Positions 37,206 through 48,725 of a stretch of 64,000 bases of DNA are shown piece after piece. A program made the translations under genes and the position numbers. The notes below the pieces were generated by a model. It searched no databases. It was not told the origin of the DNA and was given only the letters and a program-made list of their open reading frames with translations. Origin of the DNA: Centroscyllium fabricii (lineage: Eukaryota); the NCBI GenBank assembly GCA_051313645.2, contig JBNRSN020000014.1:34348001-34412000 (forward strand). The letters are read 5' to 3'. Every line of letters begins with the position of its first letter. Positions within the stretch are counted from its first letter, which is position 1.

Positions 37206-39601
37206 AATGATAGATTTGACACCATGCAAGTGTTGTATACGTAGAATCACCAGGCAGGATGCCCAGTAAGGTGCTGGACTTGATGGTGGCTCCCAGGCAA
37301 ACACATGCTCCAGGAGGATTGGCTCGACTGGGTGCCCCAGGTAAAAAGTGCAGGCTGCGGCAAGTGGCAGCACCATTTTAAATTGTGATGCATTGAACTC
37401 CCCTTTCAGGCCAGAAATACACTTACCTATTCCTGCCCCTACCTTGACCATACTGAAGGTCCCAGGGAATCTGGCTAAGTTTGTGAACGCTGCTTGGAAC
37501 TGACTGTGTTTGTGCAAATCTTCTGAATGTGCAGTTCTTGTGAAGTTGTTGGCATCCTGTGATATAAACTGACCGTTGGAACCCAACCCAATTAAAAGGT
37601 GGCCTGTGGTGTGCAGTGTCTGCTGGATTCATTGGAAATTGGACTGAAATACCAGGGGGGAAAGCTACTATTTTGTTCTGTTTACAAAGACCACCCAATT
37701 TCAAATAGTAGTAGCACAACCCTCCCTTACTGGTCACTTGTTTAGGGGAAACATTTTTAAGTTGCTGTAACTACTTAGGTCATCTCCCTGAAGTGTCAGC
37801 CAGTCAATGCCTCTTCCCTGCAGTCAGGAATTTATCTGCCCATCACTCCAAATGAGTTGGATCACAATGGTTGTGTTGATCCTTGATCTTTTCAGCGGCA
37901 AGTGCAATATGAAATGAACCACAACCCTTTTGGGATCTGCTGGTATTATAAAAATAAAAATAAAAAATAAACTACGAAATGTTCCACTAAAGTGACCATC
38001 TTAACAATACAAACTGCGGCCTTTGCTGAGGGACAGTGACGGGTGTTGATATTTCTCCCTTGGTGCTCAGTACGGTTTGTTAGCCCAGGCGGGATAAGTT
38101 GGCCTGGGAATTTGTGTGTTGGAGGGAGGGAGGGGCTAAGTGAAAATGCAGCATATAGAATTTGTTACATCATTGATACCACTATTCCAGGTGGGGGGTG
38201 GTGTGAATTTTTCCTTTGTTTTGGCACCCTACTGCTCCTCTCTGCTGGTTATCCCTAACTTTACTATTAATAAGGAGTTCAGGTGTGATGGAATGGCATT
38301 TATGGAAATTGCAGAACCTGAGTGACACTGGAATCATCGTTCCAGTGGGCATCGGACAAAAGCAGTGAGGCACGGAACTCCCATTCCCTCACTTGGGTTG
38401 ATCTGACAAATGAAACCTGGTCTTCACTGTGGCCAGTGTGTGAATTTCTGCTCTGCGGATGTGGGAATAGTCGTCGCGCTAGTGTCTGGCGCTAGTGTCT
38501 GACACTAAACCAGTTTTGTGCTTTTTGAAGTCTTGCTGTAAGCGCATTGACATGCTGTATTGTGTGTATACAGGTCCAACGAGGAGGGTCAGAGTACCAA
38601 CAATTGTACCAGTATTGCCAGCTGTAAGCAGGTGATTGCATGAGACTCTTGCGTTGGGAGTTGATAGCGTCGCAGTACTGTAAAAGCATCATGATTCTAG
38701 TGTAAGGCACTTGGAATATTGTCCTATTTGCACCCCAGTCTGATTAAATGTAATCACTTGGTGAAAAGTGGTAACTCTCACGAGTCAGTGTAAATCTGGA
38801 TAGTATGTGACTTGTATAAACTACAAGATTGGGAATGGGTTGGAGTATTGAGGGGAGAGAAAGAGTTGGGGTGGAAGATCACATAACGCAGAGCTACTTC
38901 ATTTTAGGTGTGTTTAATCCAGATGGGGACGAGACACAAATTGCAATCCTGGATCGAGTTTTACTTCTAAAGGTTCTGTACAAAGGGTGGCAGTAACATG
39001 ATACCCATCGCTGGATATTCTCCAACCCCTCCCCCTGCGTTCAGTGTCTGTCTCCCCCGCCCCCCCGCTAGCCCTGTTTGTAGATGAAGTGAGAGGATTG
39101 ATGGGTCTTGACCCACAAGTTGAGAATGCCGCCCTGCACGTTGTTGATATCCAGCTGCAAGGATTCTGAATGCTGTTCAGGCGCTGTAACCGGGAGGTTG
39201 GTGCAATACCAAAGGATTGGAATGGAAATCTGTATTGCATCCATGATGGTATGTTGCATGTGGTTTAAAAGTAATGTTACTCCACTGTTGTGCATGTAGT
39301 TGCCCTTATTAAGAAACTAGTCTGTTTTGAACATCAAAGCTGTGTGCACTGTGGGAGGCATTTTGAGGCTGCCACTCAGACTGTTGTATGCACTGATAGT
39401 TTGGCACAGCCAAGGGCGGTATGCTGCATTGTAAACCTTGCTGCCTAAACAAATTCCAGTCTATTATAGTGCCTGTGAAAGTGCAGCACGTCTCTTGTGG
39501 GGGGTGGGGGGTGGGGGGGAGGTAGGGGCCAAGAGGGTAGTGGCATCAAACCGTCTAAACTTGCATTGTAATTGTATTAGTCCCAGAGTCCCTGCTTTCT
39601 C

Positions 39602-39632
<31 letters not shown>

Positions 39633-40399
39633 ACCAACCCAAGTATGCTGAGCAAGTTTTTTTTATTTAAAGGAGAATGCTGCTCAGAGTGCAGGGGCAC
39701 ATAACTGAGTTAAATTAGTTGTCGTGCTGTTTCCAAACTATATTGGCAAAATTTATGGATGAAATAATTCACCAGCTTATCCTGCTTTTTAAAAAGAAAT
39801 CCCCCATCTCCTCCATCCAGTCATAATCCGTCTCATGGTTTGTAACTCCCAGTATCTCTGTCCCTCTTCTTTTCTCCCCCCCCCCTCCCCCCCCCAATAC
39901 TTTTATTCCCCAAATACTAGATAGTACTACTGAGTGAAGCTGCACACAGTTAATAAGGACAGGTGTCTCCTCAACCTGGTGGTTACTGAAGGCTTAGAGA
40001 CTCTTGGATAAATTGTACTGAGTTAACAAGTGGACAAGCCATAGTTCCTGATGTCTAATGTTTCCTTTCATAAGTAATGGTTACTGTGCAAGGATTGAAA
40101 TCCAGGGAACAATCCTGACATTTCCACTACTGGCACTATGATATTCTTTGTGGGTCTTTTGATTTGATACAGCACAAGGTTCTAATGCTGCAGCTATGCC
40201 CCTGGGGATAGCTTAAGTGATTGATAGCTCTTCTGGTGCCCCGGATGTCCAGTTCAACCACGAGAGTCCAGTCCCTTGGATTAGATGCCACATCCTAGGT
40301 GAAGGCTATAGAAATGTTGGCTACAAGAATCACTTTCGGAACCATTGGATTGGTTCAGGAGTTGACCATGTTAGCATACGGTAAAAGGAGGAACTTGTA

Positions 40400-40790
40400 C
40401 AGTGCCATATCATGTTTCTCTCATTACATTTCTCCAAAGTGTCCCAAAGCGCTTCATATATAATCAATTACTTAGAATTGGAGTCATTGTTCAGCAGAGT
40501 TCCACAAACAGCAATGAATTTAATTGTCAGTTAGTCTGCTTCTGGTTAAGGGAAGAATGTTGGCCAGCACACTGGGAGAACTGTCTTCCCAGCTTCAATA
40601 GATTGTTAACACTTGAAGCATTTGGTGGAAGCAGACAGGGCATCAATTTAAATGCGTTATCCTCCAAAGGGTGATCCCCTCCTGCCGCACTGAAGTGTTG
40701 GCTGAGAATAAGTGCTCAAGTCCTGGAGTGGGGCTTGAACCCACAACCTTCTGACTCGGACGGTAGTGCTACCAACTGAGCCAAACTGAT
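40400..40790 (-). mobile_element. Degenerate Deu-domain SacSINE1-like SINE with tRNA head
   Basis: gtgctcaagtcctggagtggggcttgaacccacaaccttctgactc...ctaccaactgagcca (reverse tRNA-like head) plus Deu-like core. Confidence 0.65.
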
Positions 40791-41749
40791 ACTTGATGGC
40801 TTCTCATTTAGTGATTTTTGTGAGCTTTGTAAAGAATAAGGGTACTTCTCCAGTTATTAAAATCTGAATTTGTAGTGAAGTGCATTCCCTTAAATTTACC
40901 TGTTGGAAATTTAAAATCAATATCCTTTGGTTATATTTTTCTGCCTTGCATTGAAATATTCAACGTCTACCTTATCTGTGCTGTTGAATATTTCACATAC
41001 CTCGATGAGTTTTCTCTTGGCTGACTTTTCTCTAGATTAAGCTTCTTAAATCTCTCCCCTGCTGATTGTGGTTCAGATTCTTTCAACTGTTAAATGAATT
41101 GCAGCTTCCATGCCCCTTGTGATCTGAAACATAATTTTGAGCATTGCCACGAGCGGGAGTACTGTGCACACACCACCTTCCCTTTCTAGCAATCAGTGAA
41201 TCTCAGCCTTCAAACACCACTAGTTTTAGCACATTGTCATTTGCTTCTGCACCAGAGGGTGGGACTGTGTTGGGGGTTTGTTTTGTGTGTTTATAAGGCG
41301 AGGGACATCATTGGCTGGGGGAAGGATCCATTTTGGAACTTGAGACTGGTCACATGAGGCTTCCAGCAGTCAGATCATTTTTACTCCTTTGTGGCTGAAT
41401 TTTTTTCCAGCTGTTTTTGTTCCAGTTCAGTAGTTTCCTCTGTCTGAGTTCATTTTTTTTCATCGTACCCTGACTGGTTCGCTACACAATTATGCTGTTA
41501 TTAATGGAGCTCATTTCTTCCTATAGTGACCTGATTTGTGTTGACATCTTTGCCCAAATTAGTGACAACAGGCCTTTTTATAAAAAAAAATAATTAAATC
41601 CATGTTCGCCTGTATCTTAATGATTATAGAATTACACTGAAGCAATTAAACAGTGCTAGAACTCCAAATCCTGCTGCCGGGGACATGCTACTCCTGCTAC
41701 TGTTTTGAGAACCAAATGGAAAGAGAGTGCCCCCCCCCCCCCCCCCCGC

Positions 41750-42027
41750 CCCACTTTCAAAAGCACTCTGACACCTACCAAATGGTGGTTGGGTGGAGGC
41801 CAATCAGCCCATCATGTCTGTGCCAGCCCTTTGCTAGAGCAATCCAAAACGAATCCCAATGCCCTCCTTTCTCCCCATATAGCCTTCTGCTTAAAATACA
41901 AAATTTTCTCCAGATGCACTTGTCACTGCCTCAGCCACTCTGTGGCAAAGCATTCTGTGCCCCAACAGCCCTCTTGTGCAGAGAAATGTCTCCTAACCGT
42001 TCTCCTCACTCACACTCTCTCTCTCTC

Positions 42028-42078
<51 letters not shown>

Positions 42079-42360
42079 AAATTGATACCCCTCATCCCCA
42101 ACCAGAGGAAATAGTTTACCCCTCTTCACGCTATCAAAACAGTTCATAATTTAAGATGTCTATTAAATTTCCTCTTAACCATCTGTGTTCCTGTGGAAGT
42201 CATACTAGTATCTCCAGGCTCACCTCATAACTATAGCTTTCAATCCCTGACGACATCCATGTGAATCTATACTGTACACACTCTATGGCTTTAATGTCCT
42301 TTTTTATCTTGGGTACCCAGTGCGACACACCAGTACTTCAACTGTGATCTAACCAATGTT
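41750..42360 (-). mobile_element. Very old CR1 3' fragment containing a (CT)n microsatellite
   Basis: ggaggccaatcagcccatc tail; degenerate ccagtacttcaactgtgatctaacc (LEY region). Confidence 0.55.
42014..42072. repeat. (CT)n microsatellite
   Basis: About 29 CT units with one interruption. Confidence 0.95.
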
Positions 42361-42399
42361 CTTTACTCTGTGCTCTATACAACAACAGTGATGGCTTGC

Positions 42400-43260
42400 A
42401 GTTAGGTATAGTTCCTTTAACAGAAAAACCTCCCTCGACATTTAGAGGCATAATAAAAAATTAAAAAATGGATGCTATGCCAAAGAAGGAAACATCAAAA
42501 GCTCAATCAAAGATTTGGGTTTAAGGAAGATCTTAAGAGGTTGAAAGATTGAGGAGTTTGGGGAGAGTATTGTAAAGCTTGGGGCATAGGCACGGCTGCC
42601 AATAGTGGAGTGAAAGGAGTGGGGGGTGCACGAGAGGCCAGAGTCAGAGGACTGGGAGTGGGGTTGTGTTGGGTCGGAGGAGGTTACAGAGCAAGGCCCT
42701 GAAGAGATTTAAATGCAAGGATGAGAAGTTAAAACTTGAGGCGTTGGTGGATCGGATGCCAATGTAGGTTAGAGTGATGGGTGGGTGATGACTTGGTGCT
42801 GGGTAGGATACATGATTCAGAGTTTTGGATGAATTAAAGTTTACAGAGGGTGAAGGATGAGAGGCCGGCCAAGAGAGCAGTGGAATAGTCGAGTCTGCTG
42901 GTGACCGAAGAATGGGATGAGGGTTCCAGCGGCGCAGAGGCTGAGGTAGGCGCACGGATGGGCGATGTTGTAGAGGTGGAAGTAGACGGAAGCTCAACGC
43001 AGGGTCAAATAGGGTGCTGAAGTTGCAAATAGGCTGGTTCAGCTAGATGGCCGGAGAGGAGGATGGAATTGTTGGCAAGGGTTCAGAGTTTGCGGCAAGG
43101 TCCCAGATGATGGCTTCAGTCTTCCCAGTGTTAGCTGGCGGTAATTGCGGCCCATCAATGATTGGACGTCAGGCAAGCAGTCTAATAATAACTGGTCGTG
43201 GAGCAGTTGAGAGGTGGGTGGTGTTCATTTATATGTGGAAGCTGACCCTATATCTGCAGA
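42400..43260 (-). mobile_element. Degenerate L2 LINE 3' part
   Basis: Similar to 683-1190 and to the reverse complement of 1-650 (gcagtggaatagtcgagtctg, gctgaggtaggcg). Confidence 0.6.
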
Positions 43261-43446
43261 TACCCCAACTTCTAATACCTGTAACGTTATTGGCCTTTTT
43301 TCTGTGGCTCAAGCAGACTTCAAACTATCAAATTTTGTGTGTGTGTGAATGAGAGAGACTGAGAATGTACACCTGGACGAGGCATGCATCTACCCTGCTG
43401 TGTGATGAAACTTTGAGGATTAATGCTTGTACTTATGTTCCTGCAG

Positions 43447-43538
43447 ATTCTGACAGTCAGAACTATGATGCTGGATTTGGGAATGAGGATGATGTGCTGC
43501 CCTGCACGGACGGGTTTGAAGACTTCACCTGCTTTGAG
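43447..43538 (+). CDS. RAB11FIP3: Next internal coding exon (probable exon 3) of the RAB11FIP3-like gene
   Basis: Acceptor ttatgttcctgcag. Phase-1 join to the previous exon gives (D)SDSQNYDAGFGNEDDVLPCTDGFEDFTCFE, aligning with recalled RAB11FIP3 DPDGQCYGG...LACPDEFDDFVTYE. Ends at GAG|gcaagt (GC donor), phase 0. Confidence 0.8.
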
Positions 43539-43785
43539 GCAAGTACATGAGTGGTGCAAAAGAAATCTCCGCTTCAGTCCTGTAATTTTTTTTTCAATGT
43601 TCCCTGGTGTTTCAGTTAGTAATTAGACAACTTCTTGAACTGATTACGTAGACCAGCAAAGTTCCAGGTTTGAGCTCTGGTCTTTTAATGAGTTGTCTGA
43701 TCTCTGGTCAGTTTGGCTCACTCACTTGGGTCAGAAGGTTGCGAGTTTGTCATCTGCACCAGGATTGGGTCAAAAGAGCCAAATA

Positions 43786-44181
43786 CAGGTTGAAGTTCGT
43801 TAATCCGGCACCCGAAAAAAAGGCAACTTCGAACGTCCGGCAATAATTTCCCTGACTGCCCCGCGCATGCGCAAAATGGCCACCGCGATCGATGCTTCAG
43901 CGAATGATCTCATGCGCAGATCATTCACCATGGCCGAGCCGAGCCTGGCCGCTGCGCACCTCCCCGAGCCTGGCCACTGCGAGCATCCACGAGCCTGGCC
44001 GCTGCGAGCCTCCCCAACGATCAGCGCATGCGCAGACCACTCAAAATGGCTGCCGGCCTTTCGTGGCAGCCATTTTGAATGGTCTGCGCATGCGCTCGCC
44101 GAAACATCAATCGTTCGGGATTTTCACTTGTCCGGTGCGGGCCTGGTCCCGCCCGTGCCGGATTAACGAACTTCAACCCTG
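43786..44181. mobile_element. pogo/Tigger-like MITE (subfamily 1), opposite orientation to 34017-34644
   Basis: TA|CAGGTTGAAGTTCGTTAATCCGGCA ... TGCCGGATTAACGAACTTCAACCCTG|TA. Confidence 0.85.
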
Positions 44182-46218
44182 TACTCCCTTTTTTTTGTAC
44201 CTTGGCTGGGCTGTGGTGGTGCTGCAACTGGTACCTGTGCTCGACTGTTCTGGCTGTGTCCCAGCATTCTATTAGCTTTAATTGCTTCCCCACATTGTCT
44301 GGATATTGGAAGTGAGATATCTACTACTCTCCGCTCGCTGTGCTCATTCAGTTCTGTATGCTTATATCCTTTTTTTACATATAATCTGTTAAATTCCATC
44401 ACCATCAATATGCCCTACTTTTATATTGGCAAATATGACCATCTAGCTATTACTTTACTTTTCAGGCGATCTGTGCGGATTAGAAATGATCAGGTTTAAC
44501 CCCTCGGAGGTATGCTGTTCTTTTAAACTTGTTTCACTTCCAGTCCCATGTGCAGAGATTAATCATCTCGGGTGCCCCATTTTCAAGCCATGCCTATAGG
44601 ATGTGACTTCCTGTATAGCAGGGTGCATGGACCCTGTTATAACTGTTTTGTGGCGTATGTAGCTTTTCTTCATTTCAGTTAGGCAGGTTGGCATTCTGCC
44701 CTCTGCTCATCCAGTGTCCGCAAGTCTTTGTTTGTGGACTCAATCTGGAATCCTTCCCAGACCAAGAAATTGTTTTTGAGAAGAGAAGAAAAGACAAACC
44801 GGGGCTTGTTCCAGACTTGAGCCCCTTCCTCCATTCTACACGTGCACACTGCTTCATCTATTGGCTCAAATGGTTGGCAGTGAGGAGGCCTCAAACCTCC
44901 TATAGACAGGCGGCAATGCGCACACACTGGCGTCTATGTTCTGTGGCTGGTTTATGTGGGGCACAGGTACAGCAGTGCCAGTTTGAGTAGGTGGCATAAA
45001 TTAGAGCCACTGCGCTCTCCCATGGGCAGACGGGAGTTTGGAGACTGTGCCCTCCAGCTCTGCCCACTTGAGAAATGGTCACTTAGACCCTTTACTGTTT
45101 TTTTTGAAATTGCAGTAAGTTATTGAAATGCATGTTTAAATGTGTGATCTGTAGTGTACTTTATCTCATTGGTCCTCTGACTAGGACCCTGCCACATTAT
45201 TTAGTAATTCTTACCGATCGCGTCCCTAATGGTGATGTTGCTTTTGACACAGTCTATGTTGAGATTTTCTTTTGCAGGGTGGATTTGGCAGTGAGTGTGC
45301 AGCAGAATATAGTAGTCATTAGCTTGTAGATTCCTCAATGTTTTTTGGGTGGGGGAGGGGAAGGGGATTCTGTGCAGACCAGCAGTGACAAAAGCACATT
45401 TCCATCCAGCTAGTGGCAGCACTTTGTGACGACTTGGGAGTTTCTAACCCTCAGTTGGGCTGCAAGTACTCGGATGGGTTACCTGTCGTGGTTTAGAGCT
45501 GGGGTGTCCAAACTGCAACCTGTGGGCTGCATGTTACCCTTGAGGCCTGTCTGTTTGTGTCAGGAAGCCCTGGCAGCTCTGCTTCTATTTACATTAATAT
45601 TTCTTGCTCTGCTGGTTCCCCTGTTTACCAAGCAGTGCACCAAAGGGTTCAGGTGACATTAAAAACAACTTTTCAGTATTTTCCTCAACCGATTTGTTCC
45701 TATTAGCAAGTAGTTATGTGAAAATCAAAGAATGAAAATGTAAATGTTGTACGTGGCCCGCAGGGGTCCATGGTATACAGCTCATTAAGATGAAAACTTT
45801 GGTTCGTTAGTGCTAACTTTGAAATTTGGGGAGAAAACACATCATCTCTGAGCCAGGCAGATTAGAAGTTTGTTTGCAATGAATTAGCTGATCTTAATGG
45901 GGCAATGGTTTGGGTGCTGTTGCAGAGGGGATCTGCTGCTGTGTTGTCGTCGTGCGGGGTGCAGCCGTTGTGTGGCTCGAGGTGGACTCTGGTGGTGCAG
46001 AGTGGAGGAGTCGTGCAGGGTTTCTGTTGTGGGGCGAAGCTCGTTCTCCCTTGCTGAGCTGGTATGACCTTCAGTCACGTGAATTGCCGCTGAATGTGAG
46101 AATGAATTTTGGGAATTACAAGGAAATTGATAGCCTGGCTGTTCAAGGGCGGGTTTGTCAGGTTTGCAAACAAACAGCAATTCAGATTGTGGTTGCTTCC
46201 TCACCTGCAGTCTCATGA

Positions 46219-46314
46219 TGTGGAGGTGCCGGTGTTGGACTGGCTACGCTCCGAAAGCTTGTGATTCCAAATAAAACTGTTGGACGAAAACCTGGTGGTG
46301 TGTGACTTCTTACA
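46219..46314. mobile_element. 96-bp mini Penelope-like insertion (family 1)
   Basis: 12-bp TSD gcagtctcatga (46207-46218, 46315-46326). Inverted tip tgtggaggtgccggtgttggactgg (reverse complement of 30046-30070) joined to forward subterminal ctacgctccgaaagcttgtg...cttcttaca. Confidence 0.85.
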
Positions 46315-47707
46315 GCAGTCTCATGAATCATTCAGTTGAGCCTTCAGACCTGACTCAACGAACTAAGCTGTACTTTGTGTTTTATTTAGCTTCTTTACTC
46401 CTCTCTGCTGTTTGCACATATGTGGCTGCAGCAAACAGTCACTCCACAACCTCCAGTGAGTGCAGCGCAGCCACTCCAGAGTGACTACAGAGAACACTGG
46501 CTGATATTTCGGAACCGAGTTAACCAAGACAAGCTATTCAGCTTTAAAGGAAACGGCTGAGAGGGGTCCTCGGGGAGCTGTGCAACATGGTATACTGTAT
46601 AGGAAAGGGAATTCTGGAAAAATATTTCACACTGTAGGGAAATGGGGCATAGGGTCAAAGTCGGGAAAGGCAAGTAAAGGACTGAGGCTGGGAAATTCTT
46701 CACCGAACAATTGTCACATGGAGAAGGCTTTTGGCCCCTAACCGCCCTGTCGAAGCCTGTCCCTCCAGTCCCCTAAATCTTCCATTACAGTATCTCGATG
46801 CATTTGAATGTCTTCAGTGATGGGTTTTTTGGTCTCCATGACCTTGACTGGTAGATTACTTCCCGTTTAAGTATAAACAGTTCTTCATAATTTTGGTATT
46901 AAAAAATATTTGAAGTCCCTTGCTCTTGCTTCCCTGACGTTCATTTCCCTTCAAGCTCCCGCCCCTCCCATTACCCGATCTACTGGGTCTCGCCATCAAT
47001 CCTGCCATAACCTCGCACTACCCTACCCCACCCATCTGTCCCAGCACATGCCTTCTAACACTAACCCTTTGTTCTCCTTCATTGTTGGTGGTCGGTCCTC
47101 CTTCAGCTACTGTGGCTCAGCCCCTGGGGCTTCCTTCCTGATTTCCAGAGCATTCTAAAGACCTTTTCACTCCCTTCTCTTCCCTCCCCTTCTACACATG
47201 TATTGCCCTGTAACGTACTTTGCTGTTTCTTTTGCCCATGGGGAATGTTGTAGAAATGTAAGTTGGTACAAGTTCTGGGTTTACCTTCTAGCCGATTTAG
47301 ATGGAACAAATTGCTTTTGTTGACCCTTTCATATGCTCAGGCCATCTCTTTGCATTCCCAGCCAATGCATTACTTTGAAAGTGCAGACACTATTGGGCAG
47401 GTGCAAACAGCCGCCAGTTTGAGCTCAGTGAGGTCTCACAAGCTGCAGTGAGATGAATTTAGTATTTTATATACCTGAAGTTCCCATCCCCACATCTTTA
47501 CAGACATTCCCTCCAGACTGTACTGCTGGAGATTTTTAACCTCGCATAGCTCATCCCTGCACTCTTCGGATCAGTCTTGTTGCTCTTTGTACCCTCTTTG
47601 ATGTATGTTAGGTTGTGGCATAGAGACCAGAACGGAACTGAACCCAGAGCTGGAGTATGATCTGCCCAGTGCATTGTAAAGCCCCAGTATAGCTCTAGAC
47701 TTGCACT

Positions 47708-47794
47708 AAATAACAACAGAAAACGCTGGAAAAACTCAGCAGGCCAGGCAGCATCGGTGGAGAGAGAAACAGAGTTAACGTTTCAGGTTGATGA
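47708..47794 (-). mobile_element. 87-bp mini Penelope-like insertion (family 2) inside an old CR1 remnant
   Basis: Exact 15-bp TSD ctctagacttgcact (47693-47707, 47795-47809); truncated within hammerhead stem II. Confidence 0.85.
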
Positions 47795-48460
47795 CTCTAG
47801 ACTTGCACTGTCTGGCTATATATCCCGACATCCTGTTTTTTAAATTGCTTCACCACATTGTCTCAATGCCAAAGGTGATGAGTCCATTGTAACTCCCAGG
47901 CTCTTCTCACTTTCACTAGGAATATCCAGTTTCACTAGTTTTCTTTGCCCCAGGCAATAGCTCATGAGAAGAAATCCTGGGTATAGTATTTAGGCGTGAA
48001 GTATCCTCTGCTGGGCTTTGCCTGTGAATTCTTCCTCCTTCATCCCACTGGTTACACCATACCCAGCTCTCAGCCCCTGCCAATGCCCACCTGCTTGACA
48101 CTGGTGAGGTGGGGGAGAAATCAATTACAAGTAGCTGTGTTTTGCACACACAGACAGCAGAGGCTATGCTTTTTAAAACTATCACAAATGGACACCAGTA
48201 ACCGTAGAGTGGTTACAATGTTCCCTTGGTCCGACTTCCTTGATCGGCCTCAAAGTTTGTGATTACACTGGACGAGAGTTCCTGCATTGAGAACACAGAT
48301 TGTGCAACCTCCTCTCCTGCAACACAAAAAAAACTTTCACCTGCTGTATCGGTTTGCTTTATTCTCTCCTTTCACGAACTGTTCTATTTCCTTAGCTGTG
48401 CTGTTTCATGTTGCCTCTCGCAACAAGCCTGTTCCCACCACAAGTACAGCTGATTCCTTG

Positions 48461-48725
48461 TAAATAATAATAATAATAATAATTCAACTTTATTGTCATT
48501 ATACAATGTACAAGTACATGAACAATGAAATGTGATCTTGCAAGCTCCCAAGAGTCCCGCAAAGCCGCTGCGTCTGTGCGCGCCGCCATCCATCTTTCCA
48601 TCATTCCGACAATCTTCAGCCAACCGCCCCTCCCCGGGGCTCCTTTCGTGACCTTCTGCACCTGGTATTCCCTGGTGGTCACCCCTCCAAGTACTAACCA
48701 GGCCTGTCTCTGCTTAGCTTCCAAG
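48461..48725 (-). mobile_element. 5S rRNA-derived SINE (SINE3-type) with Rex1-like tail
   Basis: Minus strand GGAAGCTAAGCAGAGACAGGCCTGGTTAGTACTTGGAGGGGTGACCACCAGGGAATACCAGGTGC matches the 3' part of 5S rRNA (A box, IE, C box). Tail resembles the Rex1 UTR at 7608-7695 and ends (ATT)n. Candidate TSD ccttg. Confidence 0.8.

Noticed and set aside
37205-37670. Possible additional MITE next to the Deu-SINE
   Set aside because: Terminal inverted repeats and TSD too degenerate to support a call.
48654-48725. Functional 5S rRNA gene
   Set aside because: Lacks the 5' part, is diverged, has no T-run terminator and is fused to a retroposon tail.
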